From the NCBI GenBank assembly GCA_965206455.1, contig CBDBJS010000002.1, positions 3,327,779-3,391,778 on the forward strand: a stretch of 64,000 nt of DNA, given 5' to 3'. A program made the position numbers and the translations under genes. Within the stretch, counting starts at the first letter, position 1, and each line of letters opens with the position of its first letter. The notes under the pieces were generated by a model that saw nothing but the letters and a program-made list of their open reading frames with translations, made no database searches and was not told the DNA's origin. Source of the stretch: Longimicrobiales bacterium. GTDB lineage: Bacteria > Gemmatimonadota > Gemmatimonadetes > Longimicrobiales > Gaopeijiaceae. Shown here in pieces: positions 45,332-55,001 of the stretch.

Positions 45332-46333
45332 CTAGGCCGCATCGCGGATCGCTCTTTTCACGAGGTTGCGGGTGAGCGCGATCTTGTAGTCGTTGTGACG
45401 AAGCGCGCGAGAGCCCTCGACGGCGATCTCGCCCGCCATCCGGCCGGTCTCGTCGCTCGGTTCCCGTCCCCGCACGGCCGCCTCGGCGGCACCCATGCGG
45501 ACCGGGTACGGGGCGATGCCGTTCACCACCAGCCGCACGTCCCGGATCACGCCGCCCTCGACGCTGAGCATCGAGGCGACGCTCGCGAGGGAGAAGTCCC
45601 AGGACTTGCGGTCGCAGATCTTCTCGAAGTAGTGCCGCGCTCCGCTCCACGGTGCGGGCAGCCGGATTTGCGTGAGGAGGTCGCCGGGCTCGAGCACGGT
45701 CATCCGCGTGATGTCGAGATCCGGTCCGATGAAGAAGTCCGTCGCCCCGTACGTCCGTTCGCCCGAGGTGCTGGCCACGACCATCTCGGCGTCGAGCGCG
45801 ATCAGGGCCGGAGCCGTGTCCGACGGATTGACCGCCACGCACCGGCTCGCGCCCATGATGCAGTGTTCCCGGTTCATTGAACGGGGCGTCCCCGCGTAGC
45901 AGATGTTCCCCCCGGCACGGTAGCAGGGCCATCCGCTGCGGTAGTACCAACAGCGGGTGTCCTGCGCGATGTTGCCGCCGAGGGTGCCCTGGTTGCGGAT
46001 CTGCGGCGTCGCCACCAGCTCGGCCGCCGTGGCCAGGAGGGGATACGCGCTCATGATGTCGGCGCTCTCGGCGACCGCGGTGAGGCTCGTCATCGCCCCG
46101 ATCGCGAATCCGCCGTCCGCTCCCGCCGAGATGCCCTGGAGCTCGTCCACGCCTCCGAGGTCGATCACCGCCGAGGGTCGCTTGATGCGGTCCTTAAGCC
46201 AGTCGAAGGTGTCGAGTCCTCCGGCCAGCACCCAGCCCTGGTCGCCGTGCTCCTCCATGAGGCGCACCGCGTCGTCGACACCCGCCGGCTGGAAAAGCTC
46301 GAACGGCGGGATCATGTCACGAATGACAGCCAC
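45332..46333 (-). CDS. Xanthine dehydrogenase family FAD-binding subunit
   Basis: WVLAGGLDTFDWLK and IRNQGTLGGNIAQD motifs; about 330 aa. Confidence 0.9.
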   Translation of the reverse strand: MAVIRDMIPPFELFQPAGVDDAVRLMEEHGDQGWVLAGGLDTFDWLKDRIKRPSAVIDLGGVDELQGISAGADGGFAIGAMTSLTAVAESADIMSAYPLLATAAELVATPQIRNQGTLGGNIAQDTRCWYYRSGWPCYRAGGNICYAGTPRSMNREHCIMGASRCVAVNPSDTAPALIALDAEMVVASTSGERTYGATDFFIGPDLDITRMTVLEPGDLLTQIRLPAPWSGARHYFEKICDRKSWDFSLASVASMLSVEGGVIRDVRLVVNGIAPYPVRMGAAEAAVRGREPSDETGRMAGEIAVEGSRALRHNDYKIALTRNLVKRAIRDAA

Positions 46334-46373
46334 TTTATTTCTCCTTACAGGTTTTTTCCATGGACTGCACGGG

Positions 46374-48773
46374 TCAGACGTGCGTGTCCAGCAAGCCGTA
46401 GGGCCGAGGCCGGCCTTCCAGCTCCGCCAGAATCATGTCGGAGGTGAGCGGTGTGCGACACAGGCAAAGTCCGCCCATGGCATCCGCGACTGCGCAAACG
46501 TACGCGGCTTCCCCGGCACCTACCGGCGGCTCGCCGATTCCCTTCGCGCCCACAGGCGTATGCGGATCGGGCTGGTTCACGGCCGCGAACCGGGGGCTCC
46601 TCGGAACGTCCAGGATGCCCGGCGGACGCGCCGTGTAGAAGCGCTTGGTGAAGGGGATGCCCCACTTGGGATCGAAGACCCAGCGCTGGCTCTTCGCCAT
46701 GCCGATCCCCTGGAAGACGCCGCCGTTGGTCTGGGCCGCCAGGCTGCGCGGGTGCATCACCGTGCCGCAGTCGGTGGTCGATGCGAGGTCCACGATCTCG
46801 ACCTCGCCCGTCTCGACGTCGAGTTCGACCTGTGCGAAGGAGGCCACCCAGGTGAAGACGGCGCCTGCCTGCGGGTAGTTGTCCCTTGCGGCGGCGATGA
46901 GGCCTTCGCCCGCCAGGCCGGCGACGGCCGCCTTGGTGGCGTCGTTGAGGTCTTCCGGGAACTCCTCGCCGCTGAACTTGCCGCCCAGCGCCATCGCGCG
47001 GTGCGCCGCCGTGGCGAAGTCCATGCCGGCCGCGCGGTTTCCGGACCGGAAGACCCGGCCGTCCGCCACGCGGTAGTCCGAAGGCGAGCCTCCCAGTTCA
47101 CCCGCCGCCAGCTCCTGAAGCAACCCGACCAGCGCGGTCGCTGCCGCATGGTTGGCACGAGTGTGGGCGTGCGTCGTCTGGCTGCCCGCCTGCACCGTGC
47201 TGAAGGGAAGGTGCTTGCTGGTGTCACCCCAGACGATCACGACCTGATCCCACGAGAGGTCGAGGACGTCGGCCGCGGGGCGGGCGGTGTCGGCGATCGA
47301 GTGGGTGCCGAGGTTCCCGATGCCCTGATGCACGTAAAGCTTGCCGTCGGGGCGGATGACCATCAGCCCATCCCGGCCGGTGCTGCCTGCGGTGAACGGG
47401 CTGAGGCCCATCCCCACCCCGGTGACCTTGGTGCCCTCGCGCCGTCCGGAAAGCTCCTTCTTCTCTTCCCAGTTGAAGAGCTCGCCACCCAGGTCCAACG
47501 CCTCGCGCACGTACGCGCTGGTGAACGGCGTCTTTCGCTCGCCGAGCCAGCCATCGTGTCCCGGAGCGTTGATCTTGCGGATCTCGAGGCGGTCGACGCC
47601 GAGTTCCCGCGCCGCCTTGTCGACCACGGGTTCGAGCATTGCGACAATCTGCGCCCCGCCCGGTGCTCGTTGCGCCGAGCGCGGGGGCGTGTTGGTGTAG
47701 ACCGGCACGCCGCGGAAGCGCATGTTCTCGGGCTGGTAGATTGCCGTCGCGACCGTGCCCGCGGTGCTGAAGTCGCTGGCGCGCCCGTAGGGGCCCCCAT
47801 CCTGCACCAGGTAGAGGTCGAGCGCGGTCATGCGTCCGTCGGCGCGGAAGCCGATCTTCGCCCATCCCTGGAACCCGGCCCGTGCCCGCCCGATGTAGTT
47901 CTCTTCGTAGCGGGTGATCCGGAGCATTACCGGACGGCCGATCTTGCGCGACATCACCGCGGGCACCGCCATGATCGGCGACCCCGAGATCTTGCTGCCG
48001 AAGCCGCCGCCGCAGTACTCGCCGATGAACACCACATCGTCCACCTCCACACCGGCCATGCGCGCGACGCTGCCCCGGGTCCGTTCCGTACTCTGCGTGG
48101 AGCCGTGCAGGAAGAGCTTCCCGTTCTGCCAGTACGCCATGCAGGAACGGGGTTCCATGGGATGGTGCGTGACCGACTGGTGGACGATCGTCTCCTCGAC
48201 GATCACTTCCGCCTCGGCGAAGGCCGCATCCACGTCTCCGATGGCCCACTCGGTCGCCGGCTCGCCCATGGGCAGCCTGTCCGGCCCGGCTTCGTCGAAG
48301 ACCGAATCGGGCCACTTGATCGTGAGCGCCTCGCCGCGGGCACCCACATTCCCGTCCAGCCGCGCATCGGGTCCCCCCTCGCGGAGGCTCTCGAGCGGGT
48401 CCAGCACGAAGGGGAGCGGCTCCAGGTCCACCCGGATCGCCTCCACCGCCGCGGCCGCGATCGTCTCGTTGACCGCCGCCACCGCCAGAATCGGCTCGCC
48501 CTCGTACAGGGGCTCGTCGGTGAGCGCGCCTTCGCCCAGTCCCTCCGACTGGACGGGCATCTCGGACGCCCGCAGGATCCCCAGCACCCCCTCCATCACC
48601 TCGGCGGCGCTCGTATCCACACTGCGGACCCGCGCGTGCGGCATCGGGCTCAGCAGGAGCTTCGCGAAGACCATCCCCTCGGCGCGGAAGTCCTCGGCGT
48701 AACGGGCCCGGCCCGTGATCTTCGCCCGAAGATCCGGTGGGGAGATATCGGTGCCGATTACGTTCTCAGCCAT
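46374..48773 (-). CDS. Xanthine dehydrogenase/aldehyde oxidase family molybdopterin-binding large subunit
   Basis: 799 aa. GGGFGSK, the domain order, and the C-terminal GAKGIGEPPV motif. Confidence 0.9.
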   Translation of the reverse strand: MAENVIGTDISPPDLRAKITGRARYAEDFRAEGMVFAKLLLSPMPHARVRSVDTSAAEVMEGVLGILRASEMPVQSEGLGEGALTDEPLYEGEPILAVAAVNETIAAAAVEAIRVDLEPLPFVLDPLESLREGGPDARLDGNVGARGEALTIKWPDSVFDEAGPDRLPMGEPATEWAIGDVDAAFAEAEVIVEETIVHQSVTHHPMEPRSCMAYWQNGKLFLHGSTQSTERTRGSVARMAGVEVDDVVFIGEYCGGGFGSKISGSPIMAVPAVMSRKIGRPVMLRITRYEENYIGRARAGFQGWAKIGFRADGRMTALDLYLVQDGGPYGRASDFSTAGTVATAIYQPENMRFRGVPVYTNTPPRSAQRAPGGAQIVAMLEPVVDKAARELGVDRLEIRKINAPGHDGWLGERKTPFTSAYVREALDLGGELFNWEEKKELSGRREGTKVTGVGMGLSPFTAGSTGRDGLMVIRPDGKLYVHQGIGNLGTHSIADTARPAADVLDLSWDQVVIVWGDTSKHLPFSTVQAGSQTTHAHTRANHAAATALVGLLQELAAGELGGSPSDYRVADGRVFRSGNRAAGMDFATAAHRAMALGGKFSGEEFPEDLNDATKAAVAGLAGEGLIAAARDNYPQAGAVFTWVASFAQVELDVETGEVEIVDLASTTDCGTVMHPRSLAAQTNGGVFQGIGMAKSQRWVFDPKWGIPFTKRFYTARPPGILDVPRSPRFAAVNQPDPHTPVGAKGIGEPPVGAGEAAYVCAVADAMGGLCLCRTPLTSDMILAELEGRPRPYGLLDTHV

Positions 48774-48820
48774 GTCGATTCACCTTTCTCCGGCAGTCCG
48801 TGGTGAAACCCCTGCCATGT

Positions 48821-49468
48821 TTACGCGCGGGAGCGGGACAGCTCGGCCGCCCGCATCGCCGTGTTCAGAATCTTGTCGTAGTCGCCGCACCGGCAGAGGT
48901 TGCCCGACAGGAGATGGGCCGCTTCCTCGCGGGTCGGTTCCGGGTTCTTGGTCAGCATCCCGACCATGCTCATGGTGAAGCCGGGAGCGCAGAAGGCGCA
49001 CTGGAAGCCGCCCTCGTCGATGACGGCCTGCTGGACGGGGTGAAGCTGTCCGTCCTGTTCCAGCCCTTCGATGGTGGTGACTGCGCGCCCCCGCACGGAG
49101 TGTGTCAGGATCGAGCAGCCGTAGTGCGTGACCCCGTCGAGCAGCACCGTGCACGCCCCGCACTCGGCCCGGTCGCACCCCAGCTTGGTGCCGGTCAGGC
49201 CCAGCTGGTAGCGGAGCGTCATGGCGAGCGTTTCCTGCTTGGGAACGTCCACCCGGCGCTGCTGTCCGTTGATGCTCAGGGTGACGAGCCGCTCGACCGC
49301 GCCCTGCGCGGACAGCATCGGCGCGAGTACCCCGGTGCCACGGAACAGGTATCCCGCGGCAGACGCGGTCGCGCCCGCGGCGATCACTCCCTTGATGAAC
49401 TTCCGGCGGGTGTAGCCGCCTCGTCTCGACTGAATGACCTCGGTCTCCAACATCGATCTGCACCTCAC
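48821..49468 (-). CDS. TAT-signal (2Fe-2S)-binding small subunit of the molybdoenzyme
   Basis: The TRRKFIKGVIAAGA twin-arginine signal precedes CDRAECGACTV, CAFCAPG and CRCGDY cluster motifs (PaoA-like arrangement). Confidence 0.9.
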   Translation of the reverse strand: MRCRSMLETEVIQSRRGGYTRRKFIKGVIAAGATASAAGYLFRGTGVLAPMLSAQGAVERLVTLSINGQQRRVDVPKQETLAMTLRYQLGLTGTKLGCDRAECGACTVLLDGVTHYGCSILTHSVRGRAVTTIEGLEQDGQLHPVQQAVIDEGGFQCAFCAPGFTMSMVGMLTKNPEPTREEAAHLLSGNLCRCGDYDKILNTAMRAAELSRSRA

Positions 49469-49568
49469 TGGGTTATGAAGGGCGGGCCGGTAATCTGCCG
49501 GACATTATATGATGCGCGAGGCAATCACGCGAATAGGGCACGCGTCATCCACAGCGGGCGCCAGGACT

Positions 49569-50006
49569 CTACCCGGACTCGATCAATTCCAGCCCGTCTC
49601 GACTGTGTGGATCTGCCAGGCCGGCCAGCCCGCGGTCGAATGTTACAAGGCGTCCGCCGTGTCGGATCGCCAGCGACAGCAGGTGGGCGTCTGTCACCTG
49701 CCGGTACCCGACCACTCGGGCAAACGGCGTCGAGCATGGATCTGCCGGCGAGGTGTCGTCCTCCCAGAACACATGGCCGGGAATCTCCCGGATGCGCCGC
49801 AACAGGGTGATCGCCTCGATCGGGGTGCAGGCGCTGGGGATGGCCCGCCGGTTGCTCGATACTCTCACGAATCCCGACTCGGTGAGCGGGCAGGTCGCCC
49901 AGCCGCCGTCCCGGTTCGCGCCGAACCAGGCGTGCGCGTCCGCATGATGGACGTGATTGGGCCAGGCCAGCGCGACGAGGACGTTGACGTCAAGGAGCCC
50001 GGTCAG
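49569..50006 (-). CDS. vapC: PIN-domain VapC toxin, apparent CTG start
   Basis: The frame is open from 50015 but has no ATG/GTG/TTG before GTG 49868. The upstream in-frame sequence LTGLLDVNVLVALAWPNH is the conserved PIN N-terminus with the first catalytic Asp. CTG 50004-50006 overlaps the vapB stop (CTGA). E (LTESG), D (VTDAHL) and D (TFDRG) are present. Confidence 0.7.
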   Translation of the reverse strand: MTGLLDVNVLVALAWPNHVHHADAHAWFGANRDGGWATCPLTESGFVRVSSNRRAIPSACTPIEAITLLRRIREIPGHVFWEDDTSPADPCSTPFARVVGYRQVTDAHLLSLAIRHGGRLVTFDRGLAGLADPHSRDGLELIESG

Positions 50007-50227
50007 ATGTCCTCCAGGGCGTCACGCACCATCTCGGGGGTGAGCGGCGACGCATCGTTGGCCACGTCGAAGACCGGAAAGCCGTCGGCGCGGGTCACAG
50101 GCTCGCGTGGCTGTAACCCGGCTCGGGCCAGAGCGGACACCACGGCGCCCATGCTCTCCCCGCGTTGCCCGGCGAGGCTCCGTGCAACGCGGTAGATGTC
50201 GGGATCCAGAGTCAGCGTAGTTCTCAT
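50003..50227 (-). CDS. vapB: VapB-family antitoxin
   Basis: The MRTTLTLDPDIYRVARSLAGQRG N-terminus is typical of this antitoxin family. 74 aa, directly upstream of vapC. Confidence 0.75.
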   Translation of the reverse strand: MRTTLTLDPDIYRVARSLAGQRGESMGAVVSALARAGLQPREPVTRADGFPVFDVANDASPLTPEMVRDALEDI

Positions 50228-50231
50228 GACG

Positions 50232-50257
50232 CATCATAACATCAGCGTATCATGATG
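50232..50257. promoter_or_regulatory. Inverted repeat CATCAT-N14-ATGATG upstream of vapB, putative operator
   Basis: Located 5-30 nt upstream of the vapB start. There are also two TCATGA hexamers at 50224 and 50250. Confidence 0.4.
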
Positions 50258-50282
50258 TCTATTCCTGCGTGGGACCGTGGCG

Positions 50283-50699
50283 CTATCCACCCACCCCCAA
50301 CTTGGCGTCCAGCGTCATCCGGTCCTCGTCCATCGTGCCCCAAAGCAGAAGCGCCGCCGCCGCGATGATCGCCGATGGGTAGAAGAGCACATTCGAGCCT
50401 TCCAGGAACCAGCCCCACGGATCGATGATGGACTTCCAGACCCCCAGAGCGGTCACCATGAGGATGACGAAGGCCACCGGGTAGGCCCGCTTCCGCCAAA
50501 GGCCGAGGACCACCAGCGCACCCAGGATAATTTGGAGGACGCCGAAGACGTTCTGAACGACCGCCTGCGAGCCGATTCCGAGATAGAATGCCTCCGCGAC
50601 GCGCTGCCCGTGCTCAACGTTTACCAGCTTGTCGAGGCCCCACATAACCAGCAGCCAGCCGGTGGTCACCCGCAGAAGAAACAGTCCCCAGCGTTTCAT
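50283..50699 (-). CDS. DoxX-family membrane protein
   Basis: MKRWGLFLLRVTTGWLLVMWGLDKL and four TM helices. Start at the internal ATG 50699. Confidence 0.75.
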   Translation of the reverse strand: MKRWGLFLLRVTTGWLLVMWGLDKLVNVEHGQRVAEAFYLGIGSQAVVQNVFGVLQIILGALVVLGLWRKRAYPVAFVILMVTALGVWKSIIDPWGWFLEGSNVLFYPSAIIAAAALLLWGTMDEDRMTLDAKLGVGG

Positions 50700-50807
50700 G
50701 ATTCGTCCTTTCGTTGGTGTGTCGGTCTCGTCCGTCTGCACTGCTGACTTATGGCCTGCCGACGGAGGCGTCCAGCGGTGCGCATTCGTGCCCTGCTCTC
50801 CCGGGAC

Positions 50808-53800
50808 TCATCGACCCCCCGGACGCCTCCAACGAACCGGGGGCGGCGGCTCGTCCTGGAAGATGACCGTTCCAGTCTCCAGCAGGCGCAGCGCCTCCCG
50901 TACTGCCGCCTCCAGCTGCGGGTCGCCCCCGCCGATCACCGGGGCGGGGTCGTTCCGCACCTCGATGTCGGGGGCCACCCCGTCGGCCTCCACCGCCCAC
51001 TCCCCGTTCACGTCGAAGAAGCCGCCGCGGGGGGCCACGAAGCCACCCCCGTCGATGAGGGGCGGGGTGTCCCAGGTCCCCACCAGTCCGCCCCACGTCC
51101 TGGTGCCCACCAGCGGGCCGACCCCCCGGAAACGGAACAGATAGGGGAGGAGGTCGCCCCCCGATCCCGCACGTTCGTTGATCACCATGACCTTGGGTCC
51201 GAAGAGACCGGCCATGGGCTGGGTCCACGGCTTGCGGTCGCCGGCGCGCGAGTTGAAGTAGCCGGTGAGCTCGCGGTCGAGGATGTCCACGATGTAGTCT
51301 GCCGCCGAGCCGCCGCCGTTGTTGCGCTCGTCGATGACCGCGCCCTGGCGGTCCTGCTGGGCGTAGAACATGCGGTTGAAGTACTGGTAGCCGCCCTGTC
51401 CGGTGTTGGGAAGCCAGACGTAGGCGAGCCGTCCTCCGCTCATCTCGTCGACCCGGGCCTGGTTGGCGTCGACCCAGGCCCAGCGTCGCAGCGCGCTCTC
51501 GTTGCCTGTGGGCTCGACCACGATGTCGCGGGCGTCCCCGGCGGAGGGGGAGGAGGCCACCGTCAGGGTGATGACGCGCCCGGCGGTCCCCTCCAGGAGG
51601 CGGTAGGGGTTGGTGGGGGCGCGCAGCTCGGCCCCGTCCACCGCCAGCAGATAGTCGCCCTCCTGCACGTCCATCCCCGGGTGGGAAAGCGGCCCCGCCA
51701 CCCCGGGTGTCCAGTCGCCCCCGTTGTAGATGCGGGTGATCCGGTAGAACCCGTCCTCCTCCTGCACGTCGGCGCCCAGAAGACCGGTGCGCGGACTTTC
51801 CAGCTCCGGGTAGTCGCCGCCGCGGACGTAGGAGTGCCCGACCGCGATCTCGCCCGAGAGCATGTCCAGCAGGTGGTTGAAGTCGGAGCGGTGACGCACG
51901 TCCGGCAGCCACGCCGAGTACCAGTCCCATACGTCGTCCCACGGCGCCCCGTGCTGGTTGTCCACATACAGGAAGTCGCGCATGAAGCGCCAGCCGTCGC
52001 GGAGCATCTGGGCGTACTCGGCCCTGGGTTCGACCCGCACGCGCAGGCCGCCCAGGTCCAGCGCGCCATCGCCGCCCGAGGGCGGACGGGCCGTGTCGAC
52101 GATGCGCCAGCCGCCGCTGTAGTAGAGCAGCCGGCTGCGGTCGTGGGAGACCGCGAGACGCCCGCCCCGTTCCAGGAAGTCCTCCCCCTCCTGCTCCTCG
52201 ATGGAGTACTTGAGCACCGCGCCGCCACCGAAACCGCCGCCCTCCAGGACGAACACGGTCCCGTCCGGTCCCGGCGCCAGCCCCGCATAGTCCTCCATGT
52301 CCAGCCCGGGGGCGTCCACGATGCGTCCGGCCAGTCCATCGAAGTCGATGATCACCTCGGGCGGGTCGTCTGCGGAGGCACCGCCGCCGGAGGCACCTTC
52401 GCTGGAGGCCCCGCGGCCGGAATGGCCTGACTCACCCGATTCGGCCTGCCCTCCATCCTCGTCGTCGCTCTCCCCGTCGTCGCTCTCTTCCTCGTCGCTT
52501 CGGGGCAGGAAGGGGGAGGGCTCGTCGGCGCTGAGCAGCGCGAGGTAGAGGGCGCGGGTCACCGGACGGTCGTAGGAGGTCATGTCCAGCCAGCCGGTGT
52601 TGAGCGCGTAGTCGGTGGAGGCCAGGAAGTAGAGGTACTTCCCCGACGCGTCCCACACCGGCGAGATCGCGTCGGACATGCCGTCGGTAAGCTGGCGCGT
52701 CTCCCCCGATTCGGTGTCGTGGACGAAGATCGCGCGCAACAGGTTGTCCAGTCGGCGGGCGTACGCGATCCAGCGCGAGTCCGGCGACCACACGGGGTTC
52801 ATCGAGCGCTCCGGATGCGCGAAGCGATCGGTGTCGACGTGCTCCACCTCACCCGACTCCGCCTCCAGTACCAATACCCGGTAGTGCGTGTCGGTGAAGG
52901 CCAGCCTGGATCCGTCGGGCGACCACTCGGGGCGGAAGTAGAAGGACGGCTCGGGGATCTCGATCCGGCGCGGGTTCGACCCGTCCTGATCGGCGATCAC
53001 CAGCCCGTACTCGTCGCCGTCGTCGTTGAACCAGGCGATGCGCGACCCGTCCGGCGACCACACGGCGTGCCGGTCGGCCACCCCGGGGCTGCGGGTCAGG
53101 TTGCGCCAGGATCCCTCCTCGGCGGGCACGCTGAACAGCTCGCCGCGCCATTCGAAGAGCGCCCGCTTGCCGCTGGGGGAGAGGCGGGCGTCCCGCAACT
53201 GTCCGGCCGGGACGGCCTCCCAGCGCGCGCGCGACCAGTTCATGTCGCCGGTCACGTTGATGACCAGCTGGCGCGTGGCACCGGTGCCCGGATCGACTTC
53301 GTGCAGGTAGCCGGCCTGCTCGTAGACCACCACCCCGTCGCCCGCGCCGAGGGATTTTGCGTCGAAATCGGCGTGACGCGTGATCTGGCGCTCCGTGCCG
53401 GTGCTCGGGTCGAACGACCACACGTTGCTGGCCCAGTCGCGCTCGGACATGTAGTAGACCACACCGTCCATCCACACCGGGTCCATCTGGCGCTCCCCCT
53501 CCCACGGGGGCGTGACCCGTTCCCAGGTCGAAGTGGAGACGATGCCCACAGGTTGGGCCTGGCCCCCGCGGTAGTTGCGCCACTCGGGGTCCCAGTAGCC
53601 GATCTCCTGGTAGGCGAGGTAGGCGCCGTCGGCGGACATCCCGCCCAGGTACGCCTGGGGCAGGGCAAGAGGAGTCGGCAGCCCGCCCTCCGGCCCTACC
53701 GTGTAGAACTTCCAGAGCTGGGTGGGCACTCCGTCGCGCCCTGACTGGAAGAGGATGTCGCCCTCGGGCGTCCAGCCTTGCACGACGTCCGCGGCCGGAT

Positions 53801-54158
53801 GCCAGGTGAGCCGCTCGGGTTCCCCACCCTCGGCCGGCATGAGGTAGACATCGGTGTTGCCGTCGTACTGGCCGGAGAAGGCGATCCAGCGCCCGTCGGG
53901 GCTGAAGGCAGCGTCGGTCTCGGCGCCCTCGGAGCTGGTCAGCCGCACCGCGTTGCCTCCGTCCCGCCCGACCTTCCACAGGTCGTTGGCGTGGGTGAAG
54001 ACGATGTGCGTGGCGCTGACGTCGGGTTGGCGCAGGAAGCGGGTGCCCTGGGCCTGGGTGGGGGTGGGGGTGGCGAGGGCGAGGATCAGCACCGTGAGGG
54101 CGATGGCGGGCGGGCGCCGCAGGGTGGTGAGGGCGGCTGGGTGGGTGGGGCGAGACAT
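50808..54158 (-). CDS. Tricorn-protease-like S41 peptidase (beta-propellers, PDZ and S41 domains)
   Basis: 1116 aa. The N-terminal FLRQPDVSATHIVFTHANDLWKV...FSPDGRWIAFSGQYDGNTDVY pattern is typical of tricorn homologues. C-terminal S41 motifs (NNGGGS, ERAGSGGD). There is an acidic/Gly-Ser-rich insert around 52380-52500. Confidence 0.9.
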   Translation of the reverse strand: MSRPTHPAALTTLRRPPAIALTVLILALATPTPTQAQGTRFLRQPDVSATHIVFTHANDLWKVGRDGGNAVRLTSSEGAETDAAFSPDGRWIAFSGQYDGNTDVYLMPAEGGEPERLTWHPAADVVQGWTPEGDILFQSGRDGVPTQLWKFYTVGPEGGLPTPLALPQAYLGGMSADGAYLAYQEIGYWDPEWRNYRGGQAQPVGIVSTSTWERVTPPWEGERQMDPVWMDGVVYYMSERDWASNVWSFDPSTGTERQITRHADFDAKSLGAGDGVVVYEQAGYLHEVDPGTGATRQLVINVTGDMNWSRARWEAVPAGQLRDARLSPSGKRALFEWRGELFSVPAEEGSWRNLTRSPGVADRHAVWSPDGSRIAWFNDDGDEYGLVIADQDGSNPRRIEIPEPSFYFRPEWSPDGSRLAFTDTHYRVLVLEAESGEVEHVDTDRFAHPERSMNPVWSPDSRWIAYARRLDNLLRAIFVHDTESGETRQLTDGMSDAISPVWDASGKYLYFLASTDYALNTGWLDMTSYDRPVTRALYLALLSADEPSPFLPRSDEEESDDGESDDEDGGQAESGESGHSGRGASSEGASGGGASADDPPEVIIDFDGLAGRIVDAPGLDMEDYAGLAPGPDGTVFVLEGGGFGGGAVLKYSIEEQEGEDFLERGGRLAVSHDRSRLLYYSGGWRIVDTARPPSGGDGALDLGGLRVRVEPRAEYAQMLRDGWRFMRDFLYVDNQHGAPWDDVWDWYSAWLPDVRHRSDFNHLLDMLSGEIAVGHSYVRGGDYPELESPRTGLLGADVQEEDGFYRITRIYNGGDWTPGVAGPLSHPGMDVQEGDYLLAVDGAELRAPTNPYRLLEGTAGRVITLTVASSPSAGDARDIVVEPTGNESALRRWAWVDANQARVDEMSGGRLAYVWLPNTGQGGYQYFNRMFYAQQDRQGAVIDERNNGGGSAADYIVDILDRELTGYFNSRAGDRKPWTQPMAGLFGPKVMVINERAGSGGDLLPYLFRFRGVGPLVGTRTWGGLVGTWDTPPLIDGGGFVAPRGGFFDVNGEWAVEADGVAPDIEVRNDPAPVIGGGDPQLEAAVREALRLLETGTVIFQDEPPPPVRWRRPGGR

Positions 54159-54497
54159 CGGCTTGGGCTCCGGGCTGGTGGAGGGGCGTGGGCGATGACT
54201 GGGGAAGCTGGCAGTTGCGGACGGGGGCGCAAGTACGCGCTACGCAGTACAGTCGATCAAGACAATCCAATCAAGGGGCCGACTTCGCGAGGGGTCAGTA
54301 ACCGCGCCAGGTCGGGGAGGATAGTCAAGGAGGCGCCGATCGCCAGTGACGAGGCGGCTTTCGGGCCAGCTCGCGAGAAGCGCCCAGAGGTGGCTCACAG
54401 GTGTATCAGAAATTGGGAGGGCGACGAACCGGACAGTCCCAACCGGCACTGGCTACCCACGGATCACGGGCAAGGTTTGGCGATTTCAGGTGACGCT

Positions 54498-55001
54498 GTG
54501 CGGTTGCAGGCCGACATCGGAACTTTGGCAGTGTACGTGGCAACAAAATGGAGGAAGCTGAGCAAGCTGGGGGCGGCGGCGGAAGAGGATCGTCGACGAC
54601 GTTTCCTTGACAGGCTCCACGCATGCTTCGAAGCCGAACCGCTTGAGGACGGGATGGATCACCCGGCCGAGCAGGTGATAGCGGTAGCATTGGATGCTGA
54701 AGCTCGGGAAGCCGTTTTGGGGCGGATTCGAGGGATCTGCCTGGACCCGCGGAGTCCCGCGTTTTCGGCAGCCGTGTTCCTTTGTTTGGCTCGCCAGCCG
54801 GGAGTTGGAAGTGCCACATGGCGGGTTGAATTGGTTCGCAACGGACTTGCAGCCGACGATGTGGAGCTGCGCGACGCGGCTGTGCAAGCTGCGGAGATCT
54901 GGGGTGATCCGGGTTTTCGTCAGGTTCTTGAAGCCCACTCCGAGCCAGTCCCGTGGCTTGACGAGTACGTGCGAGGGGTAATCGACGATCTTGCGGGCTG
55001 A
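54498..55001 (+). CDS. Hypothetical helical-repeat (HEAT-like) protein; start uncertain
   Basis: The C-terminal ~170 aa of the 407-aa tracker ORF look protein-like (…RIRGICLDPRSPAFSAAVFLCLARQPG…DVELRDAAVQAAEIWGDPG). The upstream part is antisense to the protease gene. GTG 54498 was chosen arbitrarily. Confidence 0.35.
   Translation: MRLQADIGTLAVYVATKWRKLSKLGAAAEEDRRRRFLDRLHACFEAEPLEDGMDHPAEQVIAVALDAEAREAVLGRIRGICLDPRSPAFSAAVFLCLARQPGVGSATWRVELVRNGLAADDVELRDAAVQAAEIWGDPGFRQVLEAHSEPVPWLDEYVRGVIDDLAG

Noticed and set aside
45957-48806. 949-aa ORF on the plus strand
   Set aside because: It is antisense to the molybdopterin large subunit and the FAD subunit. It is a low-complexity R/G/P/A-rich shadow ORF. 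The same reasoning applies to 17032..19134(-), 59666..61204(-), 40053..41687(+), 50751..52430(+), 55775..57367(+), 13569..15368(+), 11712..13133(+) and 30777..31949(-).
54346-54561. 71-aa ORF with AAGGAGG 12 nt upstream of a GTG
   Set aside because: The good SD is tempting, but the product (Arg/Thr/Gly/Cys/Trp-rich) looks random and overlaps the alternative frame used for the HEAT-like protein. Left uncalled.
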